This document shows, in pieces, positions 13,559 to 24,599 of a DNA stretch of 64,000 nt. Positions within the stretch are counted from its first letter, which is position 1. Every line of letters starts with the position of its first letter. The notes under the pieces are model-generated. The model saw only the letters and a program-made list of their open reading frames with translations, ran no database searches and was not told the origin of the DNA. This DNA is from Monocercomonoides exilis PA203 (Eukaryota; Protista; Preaxostyla): NCBI GenBank assembly GCA_001643675.2, contig LSRY02000045.1, forward strand, positions 62,001 to 126,000. Direction: 5' to 3'. The translations under genes and the position numbers were made by a program.

Positions 13559-13686
13559 TGTTGTGTATGCTTAGCTGGCACTCTATCGGAAGGGTGCTGG
13601 ACATGACTGTTCGTATTAGATATTGCAGCCTTCGGGCTGCTTTATCCGGACCTGGATACGACGAACAGCCTCCCAGGTACACAACA
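13559..13686 (+). ncRNA. Candidate structured RNA motif (multi-branch, cUUCGg tetraloop) directly 3' of the transposase stop
   Basis: Five nested helices: 13559-67/13678-86, 13575-83/13592-600, 13607-14/13661-68, GCAGCC-TTCG-GGCTGC 13625-40, and 13643-48/13653-58. GC-rich island in AT-rich context. Family not recognised. Confidence 0.65.
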
Positions 13687-14533
13687 GTTAGAATCCGATT
13701 GTTTTCTTACTGTTTCTGTCCCAATAATGTCCCTATTTTCACTTGGTAATAGTCCCGAAATATATTTTAATATGTCTAAATAGAGATTCATTTTTTGATG
13801 GGTGTTGTGAAGAGTTTCAATGATTTTTGGATCAGATTTTAGGAAATGAGAATAGCTGAGAGTGTGAAGTGATGTTTCATCACTGTGTCTGCCTATTTTC
13901 TCTGTTGAATTTGATCTTTTTGAGTAAGGACAAGAGTTATATCAGAAAGGGTGGAGAAGGTGGAAAACAAAGGATTAACAGTCAAATTTGTTTTTGCACC
14001 TAAAGTATTTGTATTCTTTTGTGCTTTGAATTGACTATGACACCATGTTTTTGTTGATATAGTAATGCTTTTTATTGAATCTTTTATTGTTCATATAAAT
14101 TGATATTGAACTGACAATTGGGGAATGTTTTGCTGTTAATGTGGTAAAAACATATTCCTTTGAGCGTGATGCAACAAGAAAAGAAACTTATTTGTTGTTT
14201 TCTATTTTCAAGATGATTAATACAATGAAGTGTTAATGTTATTTATGTGTTATTTTGTTTTATGATTGTTATCAAATTAGCAATGTATTTATTTTTCTGT
14301 TTTTCTTATCACTGAATATTCATCAACTGTTGTTGAAACTCAACAATGAAGATATTGATATCAAAACAGTTATATATTGAATAGAAGAATAATAATAAGC
14401 ATGTTCATTCAAAAATAAAACATTTTTTAAGAGACAAAAATTTCTATGATATTTTTCTGATATGAGGTGTTAATTCAATGAAATATGAAAAAATTAATTT
14501 TCACCTCATTTGAACTAACAAAATTTAATCACG

Positions 14534-14760
14534 ATTTTCTGATGACTTGAAAGCATTATTAAAGCAATAATATTCACAAATTAAATGAATAATATTCAAA
14601 CAAATATCACATTCCCAAAATTAATGATCATAATAAAACCAAATTATTTGTGCATTTTGGTCAACATTGAAAGTCACTTTTTCTGTACTTTACAAGCTGA
14701 AAATATCATTTTATGCTGTTTTAAGCAAAAAAATAAAATGACCAAAACGTCCATGATCTT
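14534..14760 (-). repeat. Right terminal inverted repeat
   Basis: Reverse complement of 9180-9406; ends CCATGATCTT. Confidence 0.95.
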
Positions 14761-14764
14761 ATTA

Positions 14765-14926
14765 ATATATTTTAAAACATTCTAAATTCTTGATCATAAG
14801 TTAACCAAATTATTTGTGCGTTTTGGGCAAAAGTGGAGGAGGACTTTTCAACACCAGATAGTTGTTAAATATCATTTTATGTTGTTTCGAGCAAAAAAAA
14901 TGAAATGCCCACAACGCCATGATCTT
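14765..14926 (-). repeat. Diverged extra copy of the TIR, tandem to the right TIR
   Basis: ACATTC..TGATCATAA..AACCAAATTATTTGTGCGTTTTGG..AATATCATTTTATG..AATGCCCACAACGCCATGATCTT is collinear with ~14600-14760. Confidence 0.8.
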
Positions 14927-15186
14927 TTCAATTTATAAAATATTTTTAAGTGAAATGAAGAAAGATTATCAATTTGAAGATATTGCATGCAATTGATGAA
15001 TATTTGATTTGACCGTTTAAAAAATATATTGTTAGCTTGCAAAATATATAAGAAGTGTGCTTTTTTTTCGTGTGTTCACTCCAATTATTTCTTCATTTGA
15101 ACAATTCATTTTCTGATTATCTCAATTTCTAATTTTATTTGTATTTTATGAAAACAGTTCAGCATTTATCTTTTTTTTGAAAAAAG

Positions 15187-18100
15187 GTGCGCATTATTTC
15201 AATGAGTTTAATGGAACACCTTTCTGAAAAAACTGCTTTTTCTTTTTGTGTTGTTTGTTGTTCAAAGGGCTTTTCACTCTCTTTGATTATCATCATTAAC
15301 AACAACAACCAACCCCAAATTATCAACAAGGGAATCGCTTTAAAAACTTCTGTAAATGCTTCTCCATCCAATCATCATTCATCAGGCTCGAAGGAGTTGG
15401 CTGATTCAAAAATTCACTGAACCGAAAACAATGCTAAGTTTCACGGTTTATGTGAAACACAAAACATCCACAAGATCATAAAGAAGTTTCTCGAGATCAC
15501 ATACGAAAATGAGAAGATCATACAAGCGTGATCATGCAAATTCAAGTGAAGATCGCCAGAACACCAAAATCTACTGGATCTGATAGAATTCAAAGAGCAG
15601 TGAAATAATATTGTTCTTCATCTGTTTCATTGTCTTTTTCCTCCACCTCCTCTTATTCTTTTTCGTTATCGTTTTTGTCATCTTTGATATTTTTCTCTTC
15701 ATCAAAGTGGGATTAGATGTGAAAGCCGCCTCCACTGTTGGAAAAAGACATGTATTACAAGCACAACTCCATCGCAACTTTCTTTTTTCAATTTTTTTTA
15801 TTCCAACATTTTTTAAGGGAGCATACTCAAAAACCGCAGAGGCTATAGGCATATCTGCGTACGACAGGAGGATCAATCCAAAGAGAAAAGCGTCAAAGGA
15901 ATTTTACTGGAAGGGCAGCTGCTGGAGACTGTGTGCTTCTTGCAGAGCGAAATAAAGCGCGTTGATTTTTCTCAGTTGGTAAAGGGGAAAGCAGAATTCG
16001 AAAGACAAACTTCATATTTTGCACTCAAATCAAGTTTGTGTTCATACGCGATTTCTGATCGGGTCTACAATTTCTACGATCACGAAAGAGTGTTCATGAG
16101 CCCATATGACGAAATGACTGCGATACAACGTTCTGTTTCAAATGAGCCTTGCCTGACTGACACGGAACCCTCTGTCATTTCTTCAGAGCCCCAAAAAAGA
16201 ATTAGAATAAGTTGTAGATTCGAAAAGAGAAGCGTTGAGACAACAATCCACAAGCTCATTGCAGAATCTTCCAATCTGCAAGAGGTTGAGTTGACTGTGC
16301 CGTTTGCATGGCATGAAAGCCCTGAGCCGCTCGATGAGTTACTCGCTCAAACATCGAAAGAGAATGCAACAGCATAAAATGCGTTGCCTTTTGCATCATT
16401 ATTATCAACAGCATCTACTGTTTCCTCGGAGCCCGGTTCTGCATCCTCCTCCTGCCTCTATTCCTCCTCACTGTAGCAGCAGCTTGTCTCCTCTCTCTGT
16501 CTTCTTTATGATGATGATCACGCTTCTCTACTACTCTTCAAAGCAACACTAGCTGGAAGCCTGGGGTGCACTCAAAAATTGTCTGCTACACGCGCTGAAA
16601 AAAAACGAGCAATGTTCGACTGCTTTTGTCTTAAGCGAATATCCTTTATCTTCTTTTTGTTCATTCGTCTGGGCAGTTTTCATAGAAGGAAAAGATATGG
16701 CCGGACCTTCTGAGATATGCGTGAAGCTCTGAGTTCTCACTGAGATGTGCGTGAAACAGCTTGAGCGCATCCAGTTCCCCAACAACGAGCACGAATTTGA
16801 AGGCTGGCTGAACGTTGTGACTGTTTGGTGTTATTCGTCATCTTCTTCTTCCTCTTCTTCTGCATCTTTTTCCTGAAACATCTTGCGTAATCAACGGCGG
16901 TTGTGTGAGGATCGTTCATTTCCCTTGAGTAATCTTCTGCGTTTCTTCCTCATGCTGTTCAAGTTATTCTGACTGCTGCTGCTGGATCTTATTTAAATAG
17001 GCGAAATGAGAATAATTCGGTTAACGACAGCTGCTGTGGTTCTGTGCGAAACGGCAATGTGAGAGATATTACAAACGTGTGAAATGATCTGGTCGTTGTA
17101 AGGCGATTCAGAAGGACGGAAAAGAGTGGAAGAAAACAATCTGTTAATCACAAAGGATTCACAATTGGAGATGGAGTACGATTGTTGATGTGGGTTGGAG
17201 GTTAAGGAGAAGAATGAAATGGAAAAAGATGCGGTAAATGTGAAGAGTGAGAAAGAGACTTTTGAAGGAGGAATGGATGAAGTCAATAGCAGAATGAATA
17301 CAGAAAAAGAGGAGGCTGAAGTTAACGTTGTTGATGGATTTGATTTTGACATAGGAATGGAGAATAACGAGATTGAGAATGAGAGAGAAGGAGAGATGAA
17401 TGTTGAAAGCGGAAAAGTTGAAAAGAAAGGAAAAGAAGTGAAAGAAAGATACAAAAATTTTTTTCGTCAAAAGGATAGATGAAATGAATAAAAGAAGAAG
17501 AGAAAGAAGAAGAAGAAGAAGAAAGCACAAACCCACTGTAATAAGCCACAAAGATCTGATGCAGATTCTCAGTGCGTTGATAAAAAATCACCTGGATGTG
17601 ACAACTCAGTCGCTGAACAATAAGAAAAAGCCATATTTTTCAGCTTTTTTGTGCAATATCAGCAAGAATTAATAAACCAAGCACATCTCAAGTTAAAGAA
17701 GGTTGTTCTTCTGGTTTGGTGAAGCTGTTGGATGAAAATTTATCCAAAATTGTGAACGCAGTCACGGAAGAAAAAGAAGAGGAGGAAGAGGAAGTTGGAA
17801 ATGGTAATAAAAATAAGATGAAAGACGTCAAAGGTGTGGAAGAGAATGGAAGTTGTCTGATGTGCAGCGCAAGAATCGCTGGTTTCATAATTGTTTATGT
17901 TTAAGATGGGAAAGAATTTGGTTCGACCTTCTCTTTTTCTTTGCTACAATATTAGAGTTCATCATCATCATCTTCTTCAACTTCTTCCTCTTCCTCTTCC
18001 TCTTCCTCTTCCTCTTCCTCTTCCAATTCTTCATTCACTCAATATCTTTCTCCTTCCTCTTCCTCTTCCTCTTCTTCAACCTCTTCTTCTTCTTCTTTTT

Positions 18101-20850
18101 TTTTTTTTCTTCTTCTTCTTCATCTTATTTTCCCCCAACCCCACTTACGATAAGCCATCAACTCCACCTCCCAGTGTCTGTCGTGCTTTGAACATTTCAA
18201 CGGTTGCCACTTCTCCTCTGGACACGCACCATCGCACAGCGCTGGCTGAATTGTGTTATCACTTTGGCCTCTGCTGCTCTGCTCCGTAGGATGCAGACGA
18301 TGCAAAGGATACGTTAAGAGTTATGAAGATCTCATCTAAACCTCTGCCACCTGAGAAGAAATTGTGAACTTCTTCTGATTCTGCGTCTTCTTTGGAATTT
18401 GCTCCAGGATTTCGGCAACCCTCGGTTCCTTCTTTCTCTCATTCCTCGTCCTCTTCCCGCTTTGAAATCGTTGTTTTCTGCTTTATTGTGTTCCATTCAT
18501 CATCAGCTTCTTCTCCACCATCGCCTCCTCCTTTTTCTTTATTCTTATCATCATCATCACCACCATCAATGCATTCTGTGGCTTCGCTGAATGTGCATTT
18601 GAACTGTTTTCTTATTCCCCAGAGGCGTATTCCGCTCTGCTTCAGCACTTGGTAGGCTTCCGCGCTCCGGCTGTGCTAAATAAGGTGAATGAGGTGAATG
18701 GGCATATCACGAGAAATGGTGGTGGAAGAGGGAAGGAGCTGACAGGCACATTACGTTCATCTGCTCGCTTTATGATACCGCCAAGAAGCGAAGAGAGAGA
18801 AGTTCAAGTTCAAATGGATGAGGCAAGGAAGGCGGATTTCAGAAGCAAATTGAGCGCAGAGCAGAGGAAAGGGAGACAGCAGGAAGAGCCAAAGGCGAAG
18901 ACGAAGAAGAAGGAGAAAGACGAGTTTTGTACATCACAAATTGATGCATTAGACACAAGGCTTCCACAGGCTGTAATAGATAGGAGGAGGAAGGACAGGG
19001 GAAGAGAAGAAGGAGGTGATGAAAATGATGATGAACAGCAGCAGACATTTTACTCGTTCGACAACACACTCTCATCTGCCCAGCTGCACACTCAAAACAT
19101 CACAGCCTCCTCAACCTTTGCTACTCCTCCTTTAATTGTTTCCACACACACAATTGTCAGCCCCTTCTGTTCTTGTTGGAACTCCGGAGAAGCCACCAAC
19201 TCCTTCATCTTCTGTAACAGACTCTTATTAGCTCTTACTGAAGTCGCTCTGAGCACAGAACATTTCCAACACCTCTTTTTCTCTTTTTGCTCAAATATTT
19301 TCATTCTTGCGGCTTTTTTTAAGTGCTGTTCTTGGGAAGAAGATATTTTGCAATCTGAAAATGCTTGGAAGCAGGAACATCCGGACCATAGGCGATGTAT
19401 TTGAGTGACAGTGAATTGTGCTGAACAACTGTGCATATGTTACAAGCGGATTCATGAAAGCGATGTTGAGTCCACCGGCATCGGAGCAGACGAAGTTGCT
19501 GTGGGAGAAGTGGTAATTCCAAACGGCAAGGCTGTTGTTTGTTAACTCACAGTTGTCGGCATGCGCGCAACTGCTGATCTTGGAGAGCAAGATGTTAATG
19601 AAGAAGGAATTCATCATTCTAAGGGAGCTTCATGACAAATTTGACGTTGAATAAGAAGAATAGCGCTGTCTGCTTTAATGGAGAGATCTGTTGCGAGAGA
19701 TTTTCAACGGAGTTGCCAAATCCAATGTCAAGCACGTGCAAGGCTGTGAAGTGCCGAAGAAGATATTGAAATAAGAGAGAAAAGATCGTACTGAAAGAAG
19801 TGGATGTGCTATTCTGAGAGAGAAAATAATTAGGAAGATGTCTGGAGGAATCCGTCGAAAATGCAAAAGACTCAGAAGTTGATTGAAGCAAAGGAGGAGT
19901 GGAAAGAGGAGTGGAATGAGATGAGGATGCAGTTGTTGTTTAATGCAATATCAGCGAGCGGGAAAATACAAAGTGAACAAAAACACGATTTTTCGAGTTA
20001 GACCAAATTCGAATATTGGATAGGCAATTTTGGAGGAAGATATGGATAAAAATTGCGGAGAAGGAGAAATAGAGGCCTAGCTGTGAGTAGCATAGCTTGG
20101 TGGAGGAGTCTGTGTCTTTGCAGAGGAATATCCTGTGGGTGCGGAAGAAAAGAAATGAAGGGCAGGATGTTAAAGTCGTGATCGTGATCGGTGTGAGAGG
20201 AATCAGAGCTTCAATTGGATGTGCTCGCAGCAAGAGAAGGTTGGGTGAACTCGATGGAAAAGAGGGACTCATCGATTTAGGCTGGGATATAGGAGCTCCG
20301 GAGAAAGAGTTCCTTTCCTCGGAAGGCGTCGCTCAAGACGAAGCGGACGTTGAGAACGGAGACAGGGATTGGAGGAGCTTTAGCGGAGACGATGCAGTCT
20401 TTAAAGAGGTCGTTTTCTTCGGTCGACATATCGCTCACATAGATGGTGAACACACACGTCTCAACAGCACATTCCATTGCACATTCGCTCTCAGCATTTC
20501 ACATAAGAGCTGGCCCCTTGCATAAGAGCGTAATGTGGCCTTGTTTGCACATTCTCATCTTAATACTGTTCTTGATTCTGATTCAGGTTGCCTCAAAGCA
20601 GTTGAGTCGGTCAGAGCAGACGGGAAAACTGCCATGAGTGAAGAATCAATGGACAAAGTGAAAATGAATTGAAAGGATACAAGTACTGCAAAAGTGGATA
20701 TAGAAGAGATGTGGAGAAATAGTCCAGGCAAGGAGACAGCGAAGATGGAGTTGTTTAAATGAGTATACACCCTGCTTCTTCTTCAATCATCGCAAACGAA
20801 AGGAGTGTTTGCAGAGTCTGTATGGAAAATGAACAGCCAGATAAAAGATA
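15187..20850. pseudogene. Decayed coding-like fragments of unknown genes (mostly + to ~18300, mostly - thereafter)
   Basis: Higher GC, Glu/Ser-rich short ORFs broken by stops and frameshifts. No recognisable domain. Confidence 0.25.
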
Positions 20851-21069
20851 AACTCAGCTTTCAAGCAAGTCTATGCGTAAGATGTGGATGATGGAGAATA
20901 AAAGAGAATTGCTGTTAAGCAAAACATTTTTAAGTGAAAAAAACAGAAATTTTCGTATTTCTTCTCATTTTCTTAATTTTTTCTTAGTTATTTTTTTAAC
21001 TTTGATCAATTTATTTAGAAAACTTCTACAAAGAATTAATTGTATTTTAATAATAATTCATTATAAATT

Positions 21070-21500
21070 GTTGTTTATCCAATAAATGTCTTGTATAACT
21101 ATCATATTTTTCTATGTGTAATTTTGAAAATTGTTCATTTTTTACTAAAGTTTAATGATCTTCATCAGCAATTTTTTAATTTCTTTTCAATAACATTAAT
21201 TCAAATTTTTCATTAAAGAAATTGATTTATCGAGTTTTGAAACAATCATTATTATGCTTTTCAAGCAAGATAACTAATATTTTGCTCTGTTTATTGAAGT
21301 TTCGATATTTTTTGAATAACTTTTTATGTTTTTTTCAAAATATGAAATAAAAACAATTGGAAACAAATTGAAATCAACAAATAAATAAAAGCAATAATAA
21401 TAAGAGCCAAATATTTGTGAGATCATCACTTTCTTTTTTCTTATCAACACCACCCTTAATGAAAAAATTTTTTGATCAAACGTCGGAATTTTTTATGATA
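21070..21500 (+). repeat. Left arm of ~430-bp imperfect inverted repeat flanking the Tc1-like transposase
   Basis: CCACCCTTAATGAAAAA..TGATCAAAC..TTTATGATA and TTTTTCAAAATATGAAATAAAAACAATTGGAAACAAATT are mirrored at 22998-23430. Outer limit approximate. Confidence 0.8.
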
Positions 21501-21599
21501 TCAAAAAAAATCACCCATATAAACAAAATGATTTGAGATATTAAAACAACAAATATAAACTCAAATTAAATCATTCTATCGGACATAAATGAAGCATGA

Positions 21600-22997
21600 A
21601 TAAATAAGTGTAACGTTAAGGTTAAAGGTCTTTCTTTTCCAAAACCAGTGGCCAAATTTCATTCTCAACATTTGCTATTGTTCTTTGCACTTCTCTTTCC
21701 GTAATATCTTTGAAGGACTCAACAAGCACGGTAATAAAATGGTTTTCTCCTTTCCAGATGAAAGAGCTTTCTTCAGCTCTCTTTTTCCAAAAACCAAAAA
21801 CGTTTTCTGTTGGATTCAGTATAGGTGAATATGCGGCATTGCATAGCACATGATGGCCGGCTTCCGTAATAATTGCGTTTGTGTTAAGATGATGAATTGA
21901 AGCGTTGTCCATCATAATTACCGATGATCCATTAACTTTAATTGATAGCAAAAATCTTTTGATGTATGCCTCAAAGACTTCATGATTAATTGACCCCCTG
22001 ACAACTTCTGAATATCCCATTCCTGATTGGGATATAAATGTGATTGCCGTTAGGGACTGATGAACGGGCGGAGGAGGAATTAGAACCTTCTCTCCAACTG
22101 GGGACCATCCGTATTTTCTTACGCATTCCACATTCCAAGATGTTTCATCTATATAAAACACCATTTCACCATCCATTTGATAATTGTTAAGTTTTTCAAT
22201 AAATTTAATTCGGAGTATTTTGTTTTCTTCAGTATTTGCCGCTGCTTCTCTCTTTGTTATTCTTTTGAAGAAAAAGATTGGATATTTTTGGGTCTCTTTA
22301 TTTTTTTCTGTAAGAATACGGTAAATAGTTGATTTTCCAATCGGGCTTCCATGATTTGACAATTCTGATGCTATTTTCCTCACTGTATTCAAAGGATTCT
22401 GCTTCATTTTTTCTCGAATAACTGATTGATATTGTTCGTTTTCGACCTTTTTCTTTCTGCCTTTTTGATGTAGTGGAAGTGTAATGTCTCTTCCCGCCTT
22501 TAATTTCGATAAGTACCTGGCTGTAGTAATTGTTGTTAATGTGCACTCATTCGCGTACCATGTTTTGCTCTTCTCCTGACCATGGATTTGAAAAAGATTA
22601 GATAACTTCCTTCTTTTCGCATCAGTTGCATTAGTATTAGGATTTTTTATTTTTTGATTCTCATGAATTCCAACATTTCTCAGATCTTCTATTTTCTTTC
22701 TTCTTTCTTCCTCTGCTCTCATTGCTGCTCTCATTTTTATAGTTTGATGAATTCGTTCTTCCAAAGGATGAACAGCAGGCAAAGAAACTGCACTAACTCT
22801 GAACTCTGAAACGCTTGGAACTGATTCTATTATTTTCTTTCTCTTTTCGACCGTTCTAGCATCCAATAATAGAATATTTTCCATGTTGTGAAAATGTTAA
22901 TAATGACGAAAGGCGAATGTGGGAAATTTATTTTATATTTATTGCGGGATGCTCAACATTAAAAAAGGACAGATCAACATTTTTTTGTTACAGACTG
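21600..22997 (-). mobile_element. Tc1-like element, 5' terminus present, 3' TIR not found
   Basis: Minus strand reads TA|CAGTCTGTAAC at 22999-22987, a typical TA|CAGT end. No matching inverted copy downstream of the stop. Confidence 0.7.
21622..22884 (-). CDS. IS630/Tc1/mariner-superfamily transposase (DDE_3-like), 420 aa
   Basis: HTH-like TVRKIASELS..IGKSTIYRIL, plus YIDETSW, YGWSPVG, MDNASIH and YSPILNPTENVFG. 33 residues between the second D and the E. Confidence 0.92.
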   Translation of the reverse strand: MENILLLDARTVEKRKKIIESVPSVSEFRVSAVSLPAVHPLEERIHQTIKMRAAMRAEEERRKKIEDLRNVGIHENQKIKNPNTNATDAKRRKLSNLFQIHGQEKSKTWYANECTLTTITTARYLSKLKAGRDITLPLHQKGRKKKVENEQYQSVIREKMKQNPLNTVRKIASELSNHGSPIGKSTIYRILTEKNKETQKYPIFFFKRITKREAAANTEENKILRIKFIEKLNNYQMDGEMVFYIDETSWNVECVRKYGWSPVGEKVLIPPPPVHQSLTAITFISQSGMGYSEVVRGSINHEVFEAYIKRFLLSIKVNGSSVIMMDNASIHHLNTNAIITEAGHHVLCNAAYSPILNPTENVFGFWKKRAEESSFIWKGENHFITVLVESFKDITEREVQRTIANVENEIWPLVLEKKDL

Positions 22998-23430
22998 TAT
23001 CATAAATAATTACGAAGTTTGATCATAATAATTTTTCATTAAGGGTGGGGTTGAAAAGATTAATTTTATTTGAAAATACATGAAAATATAGTTTAATATG
23101 TTGTTATTATTAATTATTTGTTGATTTTAATTTGTTTCCAATTGTTTTTATTTCATATTTTGAAAAAAACATAAAAAATTATCTGAAAATATCTATAATT
23201 CAATAAATAGAATAAAACAAAAGTTCACTGGTTTGGAAAACATAAAAACAATAAAAACAATACTTTATCAATTAATTTTTTATATAAAAATTAATTTCGT
23301 GACGTTATTGCAAAGAAATTTTTAAATAAATATTGTAGATCTTAAAACATTTGTTGAATTTTATCAATTCACATTAACACTTACGCAAAAATATAATAGT
23401 TACATAAGACACTCATCAAGTAATCAACTG
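22998..23430 (-). repeat. Right arm of the inverted repeat flanking the Tc1-like transposase
   Basis: Reverse-complement similarity to 21070-21500; inner end abuts the TA of the Tc1 terminus. Confidence 0.8.
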
Positions 23431-23521
23431 TTTGTTGATAAGTTTGTTTGAAAACAAGTAATCTTAGAAATATTTAATTATTATCTAAATATCAAACAAA
23501 GTTTAAGATAAATAAAGAAAA

Positions 23522-24536
23522 TAGGGTGCAAATTTTATCTTGACCTCAAAATTTTATCTCAACCCTTTTTTTTTTGAAACTTATTTTTGCTTTTTTGATT
23601 TGAAAAAAGGCTAAAAATAAAAACAAAATAAATTGACTTCTTGATATTTTTGTTTTTCAGAATTCTGTTGAAAAAAATTTTGAAATTATTATATTCAAAT
23701 AATTCTTTAAATTTTTTATAATTTAAGGAACCAGATCAAAGACTTGCTGGCTGTGAAGCGTTTATTTCAAATCGAACGTTTAAAGCCACAACATCAGCAT
23801 TCCACATTCCTATATTACAATTTTTACTTGTTTTCAACATTTTCAATTATATTTTTGACCTTTTTTTCTCATTTCACTGTTTTTGCTTAAAACACTGTTT
23901 TTTATATAAACAAGTGTTTGTGTCAAATTTTATAAAAACGAAAAAAATAAATAAAGTCTTATTTATCGTTCATTTGTATTAAGCATTGAAATGAAAAAGA
24001 ACTTCTCAAAAACTTGAACAAAAAAGCAAGTGGATATAATTTTTTTGTTATTCAAATTATTAAACATATACAAACAAATAATAATTTTTACATATACGAA
24101 TCGTTTTATTTTAATAATGCTTATTTATCATTTCAATAAATTTAAAAACAAATGGATGCATGTCTCTTAAATTGTGTTTTTTAAAAAAATGTGTGAAATA
24201 AGAAAAAGTGTTAAAAAAACAAATTGAGAAAGTTTAAAACAACTAAATTATATAAAAAATAAACGATGTTTTATGATATGAAAGCTTAAAACTTCTGATA
24301 AAAAATATTCGCTGGAAAAGCAGCAAGTCAACGATCAAAACATAAAATTATTATAATCCTCAATCTTTTTGTAAAAAATGAAATATTGAAAAAAAAATAC
24401 AGAATAAGGAAATAAAAACATTTCAAACATTTCTGGTTATTTTTTATTTATCACAAACTTGTGTATAGCTGAAAGTTTAATAAAAAAGAAAAAGGTCAAG
24501 ATAAAGAAAAAAGGTCAAGGTAAAATTATAGCCCTA
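23522..24536. mobile_element. ~1-kb non-autonomous foldback/MITE-like element with TAGGG..CCCTA ends
   Basis: TAGGGTGCAAATTTTATCTTGACC matches the reverse-complemented right end TAGGGCTATAATTTTACCTTGACC. Internal mirror matches: GACTTGCTG (~23741) / CAGCAAGTC (~24321), and ~23820-23880 / ~24190-24250. No exact TSD. Confidence 0.7.
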
Positions 24537-24599
24537 TTAAAAAATGAAAAGAAACTCGTCAATTTTTGCTTTTTCCACTTAAAAAGCTTCTATCGCATA

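Larger units (their letters stand above)
9180..14760 (+). mobile_element. Apparently intact 5.58-kb DNA transposon (Sola-like) encoding a USP deubiquitinase-transposase fusion
   Basis: 227-bp TIRs (9180-9406 / 14534-14760, about 3 mismatches by eye) enclose one uninterrupted gene with DDE-transposase motifs. No clean TSD identified. Confidence 0.9.

Noticed and set aside
13567-13630. U1 snRNA resemblance (ATGCTTAGCTGGCA vs ATACTTACCTGGCA; ATTGCA)
   Set aside because: The ACUUAC splice-site pairing motif is broken, ATTGCA falls partly in a stem, and no Sm site or SL4 follows. Probably coincidental; a cmsearch with the U1 model would settle it.
13558-13749. 63-aa ORF over the structured motif
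   Set aside because: TTG start and no protein features; the base-pairing pattern explains the composition better.
9167-14785. Twin 62/66-aa ORFs MNNIQTNITFPK at 9167 and 14585
   Set aside because: They are simply the two TIRs translated.
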